Assembly: GCA_008369845.1 (NCBI GenBank)
Contig: MRSU01011059.1
Location: forward strand, 1-49,547
Length of the DNA: 49,547 bases
Direction of reading: 5' to 3'
Source of the DNA: Trichomonas gallinae
Lineage: Eukaryota
Shown: piece by piece, positions 9,221 to 22,000 of the stretch
How positions within the stretch are numbered: the stretch's first letter is position 1
How the letters are laid out: the number at the start of each line of letters is the position of its first letter
Position numbers and translations under genes: made by a program
Notes under the pieces: model-generated
What the model was told of the DNA's origin: nothing
Database searches by the model: none
Seen by the model: the letters and a program-made list of their open reading frames with translations, nothing else

Positions 9221-10555
9221 TTAATGTGAATTTGGATAGAAATATTCTTGAATTTGTTTTGATAATCCTAAATGTGTTATTGCTTCAACAGTACGATTTA
9301 ATGGGTGCAAAAACCATTTTCCATTCTTCTTTTCTAAATAACAAACATATGAAGCAGAATCAGTAGAATCTGGAATAGTAAATAAATAATATTGATTTCC
9401 ATCTTTAACTTTAAGCTCACTCCCTACTATATCGCTTAACGAGCATTTATTGCACAAAACTGCGAATATAATATGCGAATAATCTGATTTTAATCTTTCT
9501 ATGTTGATTTTGAGAGTTGTTCGAGAATAATTCGATTTTTCTGATGTAATCGATTGACCCCATGAAGTCTTTTTGTTGAAGAAACAAGTATCATGAACTT
9601 CTCCTGAATTTTTAAGCGAAATTGCGTAAATATCTGAAGTTTCAACACCCACGGAATGAAGATGGACAGAAATCTGAGATTCTTTGATCATAACAGGTGT
9701 ATCTGTGACTAATTTCGACGATTTTATAATAGATTCTGTAAATTTGGAAAGACCGTCAAAAACTAATGTAGAATCCATAACAATGTTTTTTGGTTCGAAT
9801 TTTAAGTTATTTTTATCATCGTGATTAATTTTCAGGATCAAAATCGATTTTTGGGCTTGCATTTCTATTTGAGTACAATATAATTTGTTAATTGACTCAT
9901 TAGCAATTGAGTAAACTGATATAATTACATAATTTGTTGATTCTGTAGATATAATCGGCTGGAATTCATTCCACAGACAGAATGTAGAATCAACATCGAT
10001 AATTACAGAGTTTTCGTAATATTTGTCTAGTTTGTTTGAAGAAAATTTTGCATTTCGAAGACTTGTTTGATATTTTGATGATAAATCGGCAAAAGGATGA
10101 AGTTGTGAAATATGCATTAAAATAAAATTGAAATTAGAACTCGAAATGGCTGCAATTAAAAGTTTCTCTTCTATTTTTGGCGATTTTTTATTTTTCATTT
10201 CTTCATTGATGAGTTTCAGATCCGATATTTTTACAAATATTGTTGCTTCTTCGTTTTTCAACACATTAATATCGTCTAATTTAATTTCTGTCAAATGTAA
10301 TTTTAGTGATGAATATAAAGATTGGCCTTTAATCGGAATTGCTTTGTATATATCAAAACTGATGCTACTTATGGTTGGAAACCGAAAATTAGCTCTTTCT
10401 TCCATTATTATTGATTTCGAAATTTGATATTGTTTTGATTTCCATAATTCTTGCCTACAAGGAGTATCAGATAAGATTTTTAACAACAGTTTTACATTCT
10501 TTGCTGGCTCATTAACATTTTCTATTTTTTGGATATCAAATGTCAACTCCAACAT
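9221..10555 (-). CDS. C2-like N-terminal domain + C-terminal TerD-like domain protein
   Basis: N-terminal beta-rich region resembles C2 (LELTFDIQK..ISFDIYK). C-terminus follows the TerD pattern (DIYAISL..G.VHDTCFFN..LKINIERL..IIFAV..YLEKKNGKWFLHPL). Start moved to ATG 10555. Confidence 0.6.
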   Translation of the reverse strand: MLELTFDIQKIENVNEPAKNVKLLLKILSDTPCRQELWKSKQYQISKSIIMEERANFRFPTISSISFDIYKAIPIKGQSLYSSLKLHLTEIKLDDINVLKNEEATIFVKISDLKLINEEMKNKKSPKIEEKLLIAAISSSNFNFILMHISQLHPFADLSSKYQTSLRNAKFSSNKLDKYYENSVIIDVDSTFCLWNEFQPIISTESTNYVIISVYSIANESINKLYCTQIEMQAQKSILILKINHDDKNNLKFEPKNIVMDSTLVFDGLSKFTESIIKSSKLVTDTPVMIKESQISVHLHSVGVETSDIYAISLKNSGEVHDTCFFNKKTSWGQSITSEKSNYSRTTLKINIERLKSDYSHIIFAVLCNKCSLSDIVGSELKVKDGNQYYLFTIPDSTDSASYVCYLEKKNGKWFLHPLNRTVEAITHLGLSKQIQEYFYPNSH

Positions 10556-10641
10556 TAATAAAATATGAAATATTTCCCATAGAAACTGCAAATTTATTAC
10601 AGATTATAACAACTCAAATCATTCTTTATCTTCTGATAATT

Positions 10642-10719
10642 TGACATTTATAAAATAACCTTATATATTTTATGACAATCTGACCTTTACAAAATAACCT
10701 TATATATCATTTGACAATT
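10642..10719. repeat. Two-copy 39-bp direct tandem repeat upstream of the C2-TerD gene
   Basis: 10642-10680 vs 10681-10719 match at 33/39 positions, with core AAAATAACCTTATATAT flanked by TGAC. Confidence 0.75.
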
Positions 10720-11398
10720 TGTCATTTTTACATGTTTTACAAATAATTGAACATCGATATGAATATAAATTTATAATTTATTAGGCTAATGTTTTAATTC
10801 TTCTGTTATGAATATCATATCTTGAAACTTAATTCGAGAAAATATTTTTAATGTTTTAGTAATAGTTTGTGTATAAGATAATAAATGTAATAAGCTATGG
10901 AAAACCTAGGAATATCCAATGTTTCTTCCTTATAAGTTGAAATGTGTTTAAGGATGTCGTATTTGTTTTCCGAAAACATGTGTTGCTTGACGTTGGCTTT
11001 CCAAACTAGTTCTGCCAAACGTATGGAGGAGCATTGTCTTCAAATTTGTTAAATAAAAGCGAAGAGAAAAAGCTTCTTCCCTTCTTATATTTGAATTTTT
11101 TCATGCGCAAACTACCATGTAAAAATGTCTAATCCTATAGAAAATGCCGATTACTATCATATTTTATTAGTGAATAGTCAAAAATAACATAAATAATAAA
11201 TTGGAAATTTTGAAATATTAATATTTCGATGTAAATTTAATTGTAATATGTTATAAGTCTAATATATAACATTTCTGTTTTTTGAATTTTTACAAATCAT
11301 AAATAGTTAGTTAAAAAATAATTAAATTAACATAATAATCAAGAAAAAAAAAGATGATCAAAATTTTCTATCGTTTGATTTGGTCAGAAAGAAAAAAA

Positions 11399-14300
11399 AT
11401 GGAAGAAATTCAAGAATTGCTTGTGAGAGATGTAGTTCTTTCTAACAAAACACTCAGACAGGCAGACAACATTCTCAAAACAATACTCGAAAAGGATGCA
11501 AAACAAGCAATTATTGATTTGTCCAAACTATTTTGTGAGCAAAACTCGAAATTATTCCCGAATAACTTCCTACAACACGCCATTGTACAGATTTGCGGCA
11601 AAGAATTGGCCGAAGAATTCAAAAATCTCTGTTCGCAAAAATTAATTTCTTCATTTTGGGAATCAAGCGAGCCAAATTTATGCGCTCTCATTAACTACTG
11701 GACAATGTACGGAAATCAACTCACATTTGAAGGAAATGAAGTAAATTTTGTAAAAATCATTTGCAAAAACATTTTAAAGTTCCCACAGCATTCATTCAAG
11801 TATCTACCGAAAGTTATTGAATCATTTGTTGCCTTTACAGAGAAATTCGACTTTGGAGTCAGTATCCAAAGTTTAGATAATGATTTTGAATCAACAAAAC
11901 TTCTTTCATACTTCACAACAGCATTTCTTAATGTCGCTAACCATGAAATGAACTATGAATCACTCGGTGCAATCAGATTCATTGCAAGCTCAATGCTACA
12001 TCTTCATTCTACCGAGACTCTTCAAGGAGTTTATTCTGGAAACCATCTTACTGATCATTTAAAGTCTAAAATGACAAAACAAAGGATGATTCTATTACTT
12101 GCTGAATTATCTCGCGAAATGAAAAATCCAGAAGATGCTCTAGTTGTTTTTGATCGTGCATACAACATGTCTAAGACAACAACAGACCCAGACATATTGA
12201 CAAACTGTTACAATGCAGTTACACTCACAATTACAACAATTACAAAAATGATGAACAGAATGCCTCAGTGTGCAGAGCTGATGCTGCGTGATTTCTCAAC
12301 AGCAAACGATCAGGTGCGTCTAGCTCTCTGCAGACTGTTTGATGCAATAATAAAAAGAGCAGAAAAAGACGGAAACACTTACGAAATTTGCCATTATTTC
12401 ATTGACGAGTTTCTCGACATTCCATGGAACTCCAAGCTCAAGAAATATGTCATGCCAACTCTTCTGCAGTACGTCCACCCTGATAAATCAAACACTCTCT
12501 TGGAGACTTTGCTCAAAGCTTCAGATGATCAAAACAATAAACCATTCATTGCAAAATGCATCGCGTCATTCACAGGATTGCGAGAGATCTGCATTTCATT
12601 CATCGACGTTATGATCAGTGACGCATTGAAGACTCCACAGACATCATCACTGATGCCATTCAACGCTCTTTTATTCCCGTTATTAAGAGAAAACAAAGAT
12701 TTAGTTTCTTTGATGAAAGAAAAAACAGACAAAATCGAGAAACAATTTGCGAGGGCTTGGCTCAGATTCGAGTTAGTTGTTGCTGCACCATCAGTCGCCA
12801 AAGAGAAAGGCTTCGTTGACAGCTTGAGAGGTGACTTGATCTACGGAAGAAGCAGCGGAAACTGGGATTTAAGGTGCAGATCGCTTCACGCGTTCGCTTA
12901 TGCTGGCTTCCCTCACAACGAAAAAGACTGCGACGATTTTATCAATGACATGGAGAAAATATTGCTGACGGACTCTTCTATACATCAGACAGCCATCGCT
13001 GACTCATTCAGCGAGTTAATCAAAAGAATTCAAGCACAAGGAAAGAAATTCTCAACAATTGATACTATTGGCTTCATGTCAAATATTGTTTCTATTGCTT
13101 CTAGACATATGGGATCGAATTTCATTCCTTCACAGCGCAAATTCGCATTTGACATCTGCAACAATGTTTGGAAATACTTCCCTGAGATTGGCTCTCTAGA
13201 TGACATGACAATGCTCGCATCTCTTCTCAACGACAGAGCTTTCGACATCCGCCAGCATGTTATATCGACAATGAGAATGCACGCGCAGCGACAGGAAATA
13301 AGGAATCACTTTGCGAGCTTGAATTACGAAGACGTCGACAAATTCGTTTTAAGAGCAGAAGAAAAAGCATCTGTTATAGTCAAAGAAGAAGATTTTCCAT
13401 GTCTTGATGCTGATCTTCTCTGCAAGCTTAAGCTTCTTCTCGCACGTGGTGACACAGTTATAGACAAATCATCTTTCTTCACAGAGAAAATATTTGAAAT
13501 TGCATCATCAGATAAATTGCAATCATTGCATTGGGAAATTCAGTCCGAGTTTTATTCAGCCGTCTCATATATATGCAGCAAACTCAAGAATGACATCAAC
13601 GACGATAAAATTGATCAGTTAACACGCACAGTTTTCAATAGTTTGTTTAACACAAGAATTCCAGGTTATGTTTGTCAGTCAGTTGACACATTAGAGAGAC
13701 TTCTAAAGATATGCTATTTTATCGGCCGCGACAAAGTTGCCAGCGACTTCTCACAGACTCTCATTGATGCTCTTAGCTCATATGATATGGCGAACATGAG
13801 AAGATCAGCCGGTCTTCCTTTCTTGGCTCTCGCATTGATCAGATCTGAACCAGCCGATTCACCTTTAAATCTTTTCACTAAACTGACAACAGCTTTGATA
13901 GGATTAGTAAGATCGACATCATCTTCTGTTGAAGCAGCAAATGCGATGAACATCATGAAAGCCATTGTTAATGAAAGTGCATCATCATCTAAATGTGAGC
14001 CTTTATTCGGTGAAATTCTTTCATGCATTTTCGATGCATGCTACAGATTCAAGAGCTGGGATGTTATTTCTGCAGTTGATTTAACTCTTGTCGCCTTCCT
14101 CCACAAGACTTGCAACATTGGCGGCGTTGATGCTGCTGCCAGCACTTCTATAATTAGATTCCAGTTCTTTGCTAAGATTCAAAACTCACGCGAAGCAATC
14201 CTTCGTGCTCTGAAATCTTCATGCACGCACGCAAACTATATGGCTCTAGGCATTCTCGAGCTCTTCAAGGCTGACACAGGTGACGATGAATTAGTAAATG

Positions 14301-15433
14301 CTGTCATGGAACATTTATCATCAAAAATCTCACGCGTCAGAAGAGTTGCAGCACGCGCATTACTCGCTGTTGCTCCGATTGCATCCCGCAAGAAACTTTT
14401 CGATTCTCTGTCAGAAAAAATGTGCGGCAATGGATGGAACAACTTCCACGGCTGCGCACTCGCAATGAGAGCAATAAGTGAAGTCGAAGATGTCACAGGA
14501 TGCTTCGTGCCATACATGGACGTCAATGTTATACCTCCAATGGCACGCGAGGATTATTTGGTTGCTGCAAATGCTGTCAAATTGAATTTACAAGAGCTTA
14601 GCATTATCCAGGGAACATTCATTTCCGATGAAGCATCAGCTCTTGCATATAACGGACAGTTCTCTCATGATATGACAGAAAGGACTCTTGTCCCTCTCAT
14701 TCGCAAATGGGGCGACAAAGAAGTTCCACAGCCAATGATCGAATTTTTGTTATCGAAGATTATCAACGACGATGTTCTCAATACAAATGAAGCCTTTTCA
14801 ATCAATGCTTCACAGTTTTTGGCGAAGAAATTAAAGCCAAATTCGATCCCTTCATCGAAGCTTGATCATATCATCTCTCTTATTACAAATGCACATTCTG
14901 TTGCCCTCCGTGCATCATTAATTGCATTGATCGGCTTCGTTGAGAATCCAAATATTTCATCAATCGAAAGATGTAGTGAGTTATTTGTAGACAGCGCATT
15001 AGATTTCTCGTCGAAGATTACTCCAGTACATATATCGCTCGCTTCAATCACATCAATATTGATTAGAAGTGAGAAGCTTTTGCCTGTTGTTTTCCTTCTC
15101 GTAATGAATGATATTCCTCTCGTTCGCACGCTTGTCATCACACATATCGATGAAGACATTAAGTGTGAAGAGGTTATTATCAGAAACATCGCAAGCAAAC
15201 TTTCTGACGAATGCAAGCGTTATATTGCTACTAAGTGGGTTTTATCACTTGAGTCACATATATCATCTGATAATTGGGGAGAACCAGCTTCTCTCTTCGT
15301 TGATGAACTCTTCATCCCCCGTATTTGTGTCGAGGAAATTTCAGACGCTACAAATAATATGAATAAGATGCTTAATATTATAGAGATGCGCAGAGAATTC
15401 GTGCAAATAGCAAAAAGAATTTTGAATTTATAA
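11399..15433 (+). CDS. THADA: THADA/Trm732 (DUF2428) HEAT/ARM-repeat tRNA 2'-O-methylation cofactor
   Basis: Diagnostic RRSAGLPF motif in a long helical-repeat protein, followed by AMNIMKAI and RVRRVAARAL segments; likely start MEEIQ at 11399. Confidence 0.88.
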   Translation: MEEIQELLVRDVVLSNKTLRQADNILKTILEKDAKQAIIDLSKLFCEQNSKLFPNNFLQHAIVQICGKELAEEFKNLCSQKLISSFWESSEPNLCALINYWTMYGNQLTFEGNEVNFVKIICKNILKFPQHSFKYLPKVIESFVAFTEKFDFGVSIQSLDNDFESTKLLSYFTTAFLNVANHEMNYESLGAIRFIASSMLHLHSTETLQGVYSGNHLTDHLKSKMTKQRMILLLAELSREMKNPEDALVVFDRAYNMSKTTTDPDILTNCYNAVTLTITTITKMMNRMPQCAELMLRDFSTANDQVRLALCRLFDAIIKRAEKDGNTYEICHYFIDEFLDIPWNSKLKKYVMPTLLQYVHPDKSNTLLETLLKASDDQNNKPFIAKCIASFTGLREICISFIDVMISDALKTPQTSSLMPFNALLFPLLRENKDLVSLMKEKTDKIEKQFARAWLRFELVVAAPSVAKEKGFVDSLRGDLIYGRSSGNWDLRCRSLHAFAYAGFPHNEKDCDDFINDMEKILLTDSSIHQTAIADSFSELIKRIQAQGKKFSTIDTIGFMSNIVSIASRHMGSNFIPSQRKFAFDICNNVWKYFPEIGSLDDMTMLASLLNDRAFDIRQHVISTMRMHAQRQEIRNHFASLNYEDVDKFVLRAEEKASVIVKEEDFPCLDADLLCKLKLLLARGDTVIDKSSFFTEKIFEIASSDKLQSLHWEIQSEFYSAVSYICSKLKNDINDDKIDQLTRTVFNSLFNTRIPGYVCQSVDTLERLLKICYFIGRDKVASDFSQTLIDALSSYDMANMRRSAGLPFLALALIRSEPADSPLNLFTKLTTALIGLVRSTSSSVEAANAMNIMKAIVNESASSSKCEPLFGEILSCIFDACYRFKSWDVISAVDLTLVAFLHKTCNIGGVDAAASTSIIRFQFFAKIQNSREAILRALKSSCTHANYMALGILELFKADTGDDELVNAVMEHLSSKISRVRRVAARALLAVAPIASRKKLFDSLSEKMCGNGWNNFHGCALAMRAISEVEDVTGCFVPYMDVNVIPPMAREDYLVAANAVKLNLQELSIIQGTFISDEASALAYNGQFSHDMTERTLVPLIRKWGDKEVPQPMIEFLLSKIINDDVLNTNEAFSINASQFLAKKLKPNSIPSSKLDHIISLITNAHSVALRASLIALIGFVENPNISSIERCSELFVDSALDFSSKITPVHISLASITSILIRSEKLLPVVFLLVMNDIPLVRTLVITHIDEDIKCEEVIIRNIASKLSDECKRYIATKWVLSLESHISSDNWGEPASLFVDELFIPRICVEEISDATNNMNKMLNIIEMRREFVQIAKRILNL

Positions 15434-15563
15434 AATAATATATATAGACTTTTCAAAATTGAGATTTTTATTGTGGCAACCAGTTTATGAATTACATTCA
15501 AATTTCATTATTTTCAAGATAGAAATTAACTCATTGTAGATTTGATAAATACTTTGTTAATAA

Positions 15564-16020
15564 TCCGTGCGTTCTTATAAGGATTGTATTGGCGTATCAA
15601 ATTCGAATATAACACAAAATAGATCAGAGGATGGTTCTGGTTTTACTTCAAGTGAACCTGATTAGATTTCTGTAATTAACTTTACTAATTTCAAATTATG
15701 CAAAAGATTTTATATGCCTTTATCTTGTCCATTCAAATTTTCTTCTTTCAAATAATGTCACAATTGAACGATGCAATATAAGAGAAAATTATCGCCGGGG
15801 AGTTACATTTGCATCAAATCAGTTCATGTCTAAAGCAATAATAATTGATTGTGAAGTTGATTAACTATCGAGAAATGATATTTATATTGAAATGGTTACA
15901 AATATTTTATAATTTGATTGCAGCTATCATCAAGTCTCAATTGAAATCGAGCCTATCTATTATGAATCTGATCTATCAAATTTATATTTCATGATGTCTT
16001 ATGAATTATTTATGACATGA
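15564..16020 (+). pseudogene. Decayed fragment resembling trichomonad Asn/Cys-rich beta-helix-like hypothetical protein families
   Basis: SVRSYKDCIGVSNSNITQNRSEDGSGFTSSEPD*ISVINFTNFKLC, then after a frameshift SNNVTIERCNIRENYRRGVTF..IIDCEVD*; several stops, no start. Confidence 0.4.
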
Positions 16021-16087
16021 TGTTTAAGTAAATAACAAACATAATAAATTTTATTATAACAAACAATAATATAAAAACAAAAATAAC

Positions 16088-19000
16088 TTAAAACCATGGT
16101 ATTTCATGAGCTGGTTGGTAATTTGGATTCATTGATCGTTGAATAAGTTCATTCATATCTGTATACCATGAAACGCATTCTTCTTTCGTTGACTCTGAAC
16201 TTTGAGGCGCACAAAGTTTTATCAATTTCTCTTCTAATAAAGAAATTCTTGAAATAACCTCGGAGCTGTTTTCGCATATGTGTGAAAAATAGAGTTCAGA
16301 GAAAGATCTAAACGACTCCAATTCATTGATGATTGCAGAAGAACAAGCTGATAATGAAAGAATTACTTCACCAGTGAAATGAGAAACAAAAGCATTCGCA
16401 ATGTTAGGTGAAATTCTTATTGATGATTCATCTGTAGTTTTGATGTTCCTAAAATCATTGAACACGAATGCGAATTGAAAAGATTTCGAGTCAATAATGA
16501 AATGAGATAAAGAAAGATATTGTATGTCGAAAATTTCTCTAATGAAACTAAATCCGCAGAAATAGCGCAAAAGAGTGTTTCTCACTGGTAGATTGTTTGC
16601 AAAATATGCTTTTCTCATTATTTGATCATGCAAACAATTCGTATCAAAGTTTTCGATGCTGTTTCCTCCATAAGAATTTAATCCATTTTGGTCGATATTT
16701 TGTTCTACCCAGTCTTCAATTGTTTCACCTGTTGAAGACAAAAATAAATTCCTCAATGAAATATATTCTCTGAAAAATGGAAAACCAGAAAATCTTTCAT
16801 TAAATTCAATGTTTTGTGGTTGACGAATTGATATAGTTGCAGTAGATGTTGCATAGTTTCTGTTGAAAATGTCATGTATGCAGTTGACAATTGACAAAAA
16901 TGAAGGCATAGAAATAGTTTGGTCAACATCATGTCTTTGAACTGCCAATGTATTGAACTCGCCAAGTGATGATGTGAAATTGATTACGAACAGATCTGGA
17001 TAAATGCAGTGGATATCATCATAAACTCTAATTATGTTAACTATAGATTTCATGTCTTGGTCGGTGAAAACGAATGGTAGATATTTGTTAAAATCAGCAA
17101 TAAGAGATGAAATTTTCTGTTTCATCTCTGTTGCATTTCCAAAGATTCCATCTAAATATACAAACAATGAATGGATGTCGGATGAAATTTCATGAAGATG
17201 ATGTAAATCGATTTTCTCGATGATTTTTCTAGGAATATTATTATAATAATTTTGTGCAATACTATAATTCTTTCTACTTTCTTCCCAGTTGATTTGTTCA
17301 AATTGCTCTTTTGGTAGTTTTGAAATTTCTCTGGCAAATCTGATAATATAGTGAACAGGTAAATAATTTTCATGCAATAAAATTTGAAATGTTACTTCGA
17401 TGTTTTCAGCAGTTGTGCTCATCACCATCAATGAGGCATTGTCAACTGATTGAGATTTAGCTTCCAAGTCTTTCAACCTCGGATGGTTGCAAATCCTACT
17501 GTACAAAATTGCTCTTCTCGTAACAGTTTGGAAGATTTTATTAACGATTTCAAAAATCCAATCCGTCTTTGAGATTTCTACTAGTTCTGATATATATCTG
17601 AACAGAATTGATTCATTCTCAACGTCAAATATTGAAGATAATTCTGTGACCAGGCCTTGGTACAAATAAACTTCATCAGATCTTGATGCAAATTTTAATA
17701 AAATTAAAATTCTCGCAAGTGCAACTTGTTTCGATGATTGATCAATTGTAGACTTTAATATATGATAATAACTCGTGTAAGTAACTTTGAACGACCAAAA
17801 TGAAGGCGATGATATGAAGAAATGATATGAAAAATGAGCAAATCTCATCATCTCTTTTGGAGTGATTTCTTCGTTATTCGTAATTTTTGCATCCATTCTG
17901 TTGAAATATAAATTGATTTGGTCAACACCTATTCCAATTAATCTTCTGCTTGACAGACAAATGACATCATCAAAATCACTCTCAAACTGCTTGTCAACAA
18001 AGAAAACAACTTCGCCACCAGTTGAATTTAATTTCGCGAATTTTGTTCCTTTGTATTTTGCATAAAATGATTTCAAGAACTTGTCCCAATAGAAATTAAA
18101 AACTTGCGGATAGTCAGGTATTTCAAGTAGAGGCAAACTTTTTGCCTTGTTTTTCATGATTGACAAAATGTTGCAAGCCAAAAGAAGCTTTTCAATATCA
18201 TATTTTTTGAGCTGATTATGATGCTTTGCGTAAAGTTTGTTCAGCATGAAATAACATTCATCAACGCAGCTCAAAACATCATCAACTCTACCTTCTTCAA
18301 GATATCTATCGGCTAAAACAATTTTATCGACTGCTTGCTCGGAGAATAATAATGAATTACACAATATGTTTTCTAAATTAATTTCAGCATTTATCTTACA
18401 ATCATCATAGATCTTCAAAAACATTTCATTGTATTCACCTCCTGTAAAACAATTGATTGCTGATTCAAAATTACCTAGAGCATATAATGATAATATTACA
18501 TTTTCATCTGTTGGTAGTTTTTCCTGTAAAATGCTGAAATTCGTCCAATCAATTGGATGCGGAGTTAAATTTTGCATGTCGAATTGCTGGAGTTTCGAAA
18601 TGATATCAAAACTAAAAGAATTTGTGAGCTTTTCTGCAACGAGGAAGTTTTCTGCTGGGAACGGAATGTTCTTTATTCTAAACAAATTCAAAAATGATTC
18701 GATTGCATTCTTCAATTTCAAATTATTCCTGTTTTGTATCAATTTCTGGAAAATAGTTTGGTAGTTGATAATTTTGGATTCATCGAATGTGTTGATCAAA
18801 ATTGGTGTCAAAAGATCAGATGGGAATGAATCATAGCAAGAAGAAAGAGCAAAAATTGGATACCAGTTTTTGTCTTTCGGGCAAATTATTCCAGCAATGA
18901 TCGGAATAAATTGGTTTCCCCAGAATTCTACAGGTAATATATCGCTTAAATACAATAAAGCGTCGCAGATATTTTCAGGAATTCTTTTTCTTATGTAGTC

Positions 19001-22000
19001 TAATTCTTGGATGCATGTTGTAGGATCAGTTCTTTTTGCTAAGATAAAATGCATTTTGATGTCAAATTCATTAGAAATTTGCTCTGGTTTCATCAATTTG
19101 ATTACATTTGATATAACGCTCGAATCAACCCCTTGTATAATAATAGGAAAATTCGAAATAAAAATGTCCTTTGCTGTCTGCGAAATTTTATCTGAATAAG
19201 GGAATTTTGCAAAAACTTCTGCATAAGCGTAAACAGATTTTTCATTTCCTTCAGCAAGATGCACAATCCCTTGTATGAATTCTATCTGTGTGTAGTACAT
19301 GTCAAACTCAAGCAGATCTATGGCAGTTCTGACAATGAAAACTGATGAAGGATGGAATGGATTATCATTCAATTTTTGAGCGATTTTCTTTGCGTGAAGT
19401 TCATTGAAAATTGGTTTACTCTTGAATTCTGTCATCATTTTCAGTGTTTTCAATGTAATTGTTAAAACAGGCATTGAATCAATTGTTAGATTTTCCAGTA
19501 TATAGTCAAGCAACTCAAAAATCAAAACTTTGAATTCATTGAAAGCATTTTGATATCTGCAGATAGACGTAATCAAGCTTTCATATAAAAACCGATTAAC
19601 AACAAAGTTTTGGTTAACTATGTATCTTAAAGTAGAAATGATTATTGGTTTTGATTTGATTATTTGATGCTCATCCATGAAAACTGTTGCGAGAACAACC
19701 AAGCCAAACGTGTAATGATTTAAATTTGTTTCGCTGATTTCATTGACGAAAAATGGCTGCAGTTTAACAACATTTCTCTTTTCTATTATTGATTTGAACA
19801 ACTCGTGGATTAATTCAACATCGAATAAATTGATTTTGAATATTTTCATCATGTAGAGGATGAAAGTGATGCTTTTGTCGACAAATAACTGATAAATTTC
19901 GATTTCTGTTTCAACTGATGTAAAGAATTCACCAATATGGAAACAAAGATCAGATATTTCTGCTGGGGACTTGTAAACTTTGATTTTTTCATCGAAAATA
20001 CTCAAGATAAACAAATGATACGAAAATGGAAGAAATTCGAGTAAAAATGGGAGTTTGATGAAAAAGTTGCCCAAACAAATAAGTTGAGGTATTGGCATAT
20101 TTCTATCTCTAAAATGGAAACATAACTTTAGAGAAATCTGTGAAATGTTTTCGTATAAAAAATTCTTTCCAAGTTTGATGAATTTCACGACATGATTTAG
20201 GAAAGGATCTGCCATGAATTTCGTGAATGATAATATCAAGCAGCATATTTGGTTAAACAACGAGCAACTGAGCTTGTTATTCTTCAAAAGAATAGTTGAT
20301 ATTTTTAGCGAATAAATAAATACTGAACCATCTTGCGAAGTTATACTTCTTTGAATTTGATTCAAAATCAAACTCTTGATTTTTTCATCAGATGGAATTT
20401 TCACTTTGAGAAGCCTATATATGGCATGGATAAAGACTTTATCATAATTTGTATTAGATAAAGAATGATTGTCAATGATGTCAAAAAGCAAATCAATTGT
20501 GTCAAACAAGTCTTTTCCGATGCAATGGGAAATGAAAAGTTCTGATGTTGATTGTGGGAGATTATCAATGTGTTCGATGACGTATTTGATAATTTTGTGC
20601 TTGGATTCTGAACATTGTGATTTAATAACTTCGTTTATGAACTTGAAATATAAATATGATCTCGAGAAAAACGGAATTTCGAATATTTTTGCAAAATCAA
20701 TGATTTGTTCGATGTTATTCATATATTTAATTATTGAAATCATGCATAATAATATTTCAAACATCTGAGCATATGTGTAGTCATTGACTTTGCTGTCATC
20801 AGAGCATTGCATGTAAAAAATGTTGAATAATTTTTTGATTAAGCTTTCTCCGTTTTGCACATTTTCATTCATCATCTCAAATTTGGTCAATATCCTAAAA
20901 ACAAATGGGTGAACATTGATTATATGACTATCACTCATCGACAAGATCAGCCTAATTAGTTCATTAAGAAGTTCAAATGATTTGTCGTTTTCGATAATTA
21001 ATGCGATGAAAAAAATTGAATCTTCACTTGTAAAACTTGAAAAGCATAGATAGTTGATTGTTTCTGTCGGGAAATTTCTTGTCATCTTCACCAAAGACTT
21101 CAATGCTAATGATAGGAATGGAATTTCTGGATCTGATGAAATATTAACGCATGTGCTTAATATTTTGTAAAGTGGAGATGATCCTTCGATAACTTTTGAA
21201 ACTTTAGAATGGAAGATTCCAACATTCATCAGTTTCTCGACACCGAATGTTTTGATGAATTGCACCATGTTCGGCAAATATTTGATTTTGTCGATTGTGG
21301 GCATGTTATTATATTCCAAAATTGCATTTGTGAAAATATCAATGATTGAAATCGAGCAATCTTCTGGTGTAATTCTTGTAAGTCTTCTATAGAAAGTTAT
21401 TCTTTCAACACCCCCAAATGGTTGAAATATCTTCTCTGGATTCCAGCAAAATTCAGTAATACTTTTCGATATCGAACTTAAATTCGCATTTTTCACCATG
21501 ATAATGATTTCTTTGCATAGTTTGACTAGAGGAGCGAAATGGGAAGCTAAAGCATAGCAAATAATATTCATAAATTGAGTGATTAAAAACTCATTCATCA
21601 TTAAAACAGATATCAAAGCTTGGTTAGTTTTCAAAGCAGCCCATAAAAACTGAACGCATCTTGAAAAATGTTCTAATGGATTCATATTCTCAGGTTTCTT
21701 CGAAACAAATTCAACAATTCTTGATGAAATGTTTGGAACTGTTTCTATGGCAAACTCAGCTTTGATAGAGCAAATTAGTGTTACTTTTTGCATGAAAATA
21801 ACTGGACTGTCTGAATTTATTTCTTTGAATGATTTAATAGGAACAACTACGTTCAAATCAAAGCAACTTCGGATTAATATTGTTCTGATTGGCGTAGATA
21901 GTGGACAAGTGATCTCAAATAACAGCATAACATATTCTATTTTTTCATTGTGAGTTAAATTGCTGAGATAATTTGATAAAAATATTTCTAATACTGAAAT

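Noticed and set aside
8782..15433. Link between tRNA-Leu and the tRNA-methylation cofactor THADA
   Set aside because: Proximity only, with an unrelated gene in between
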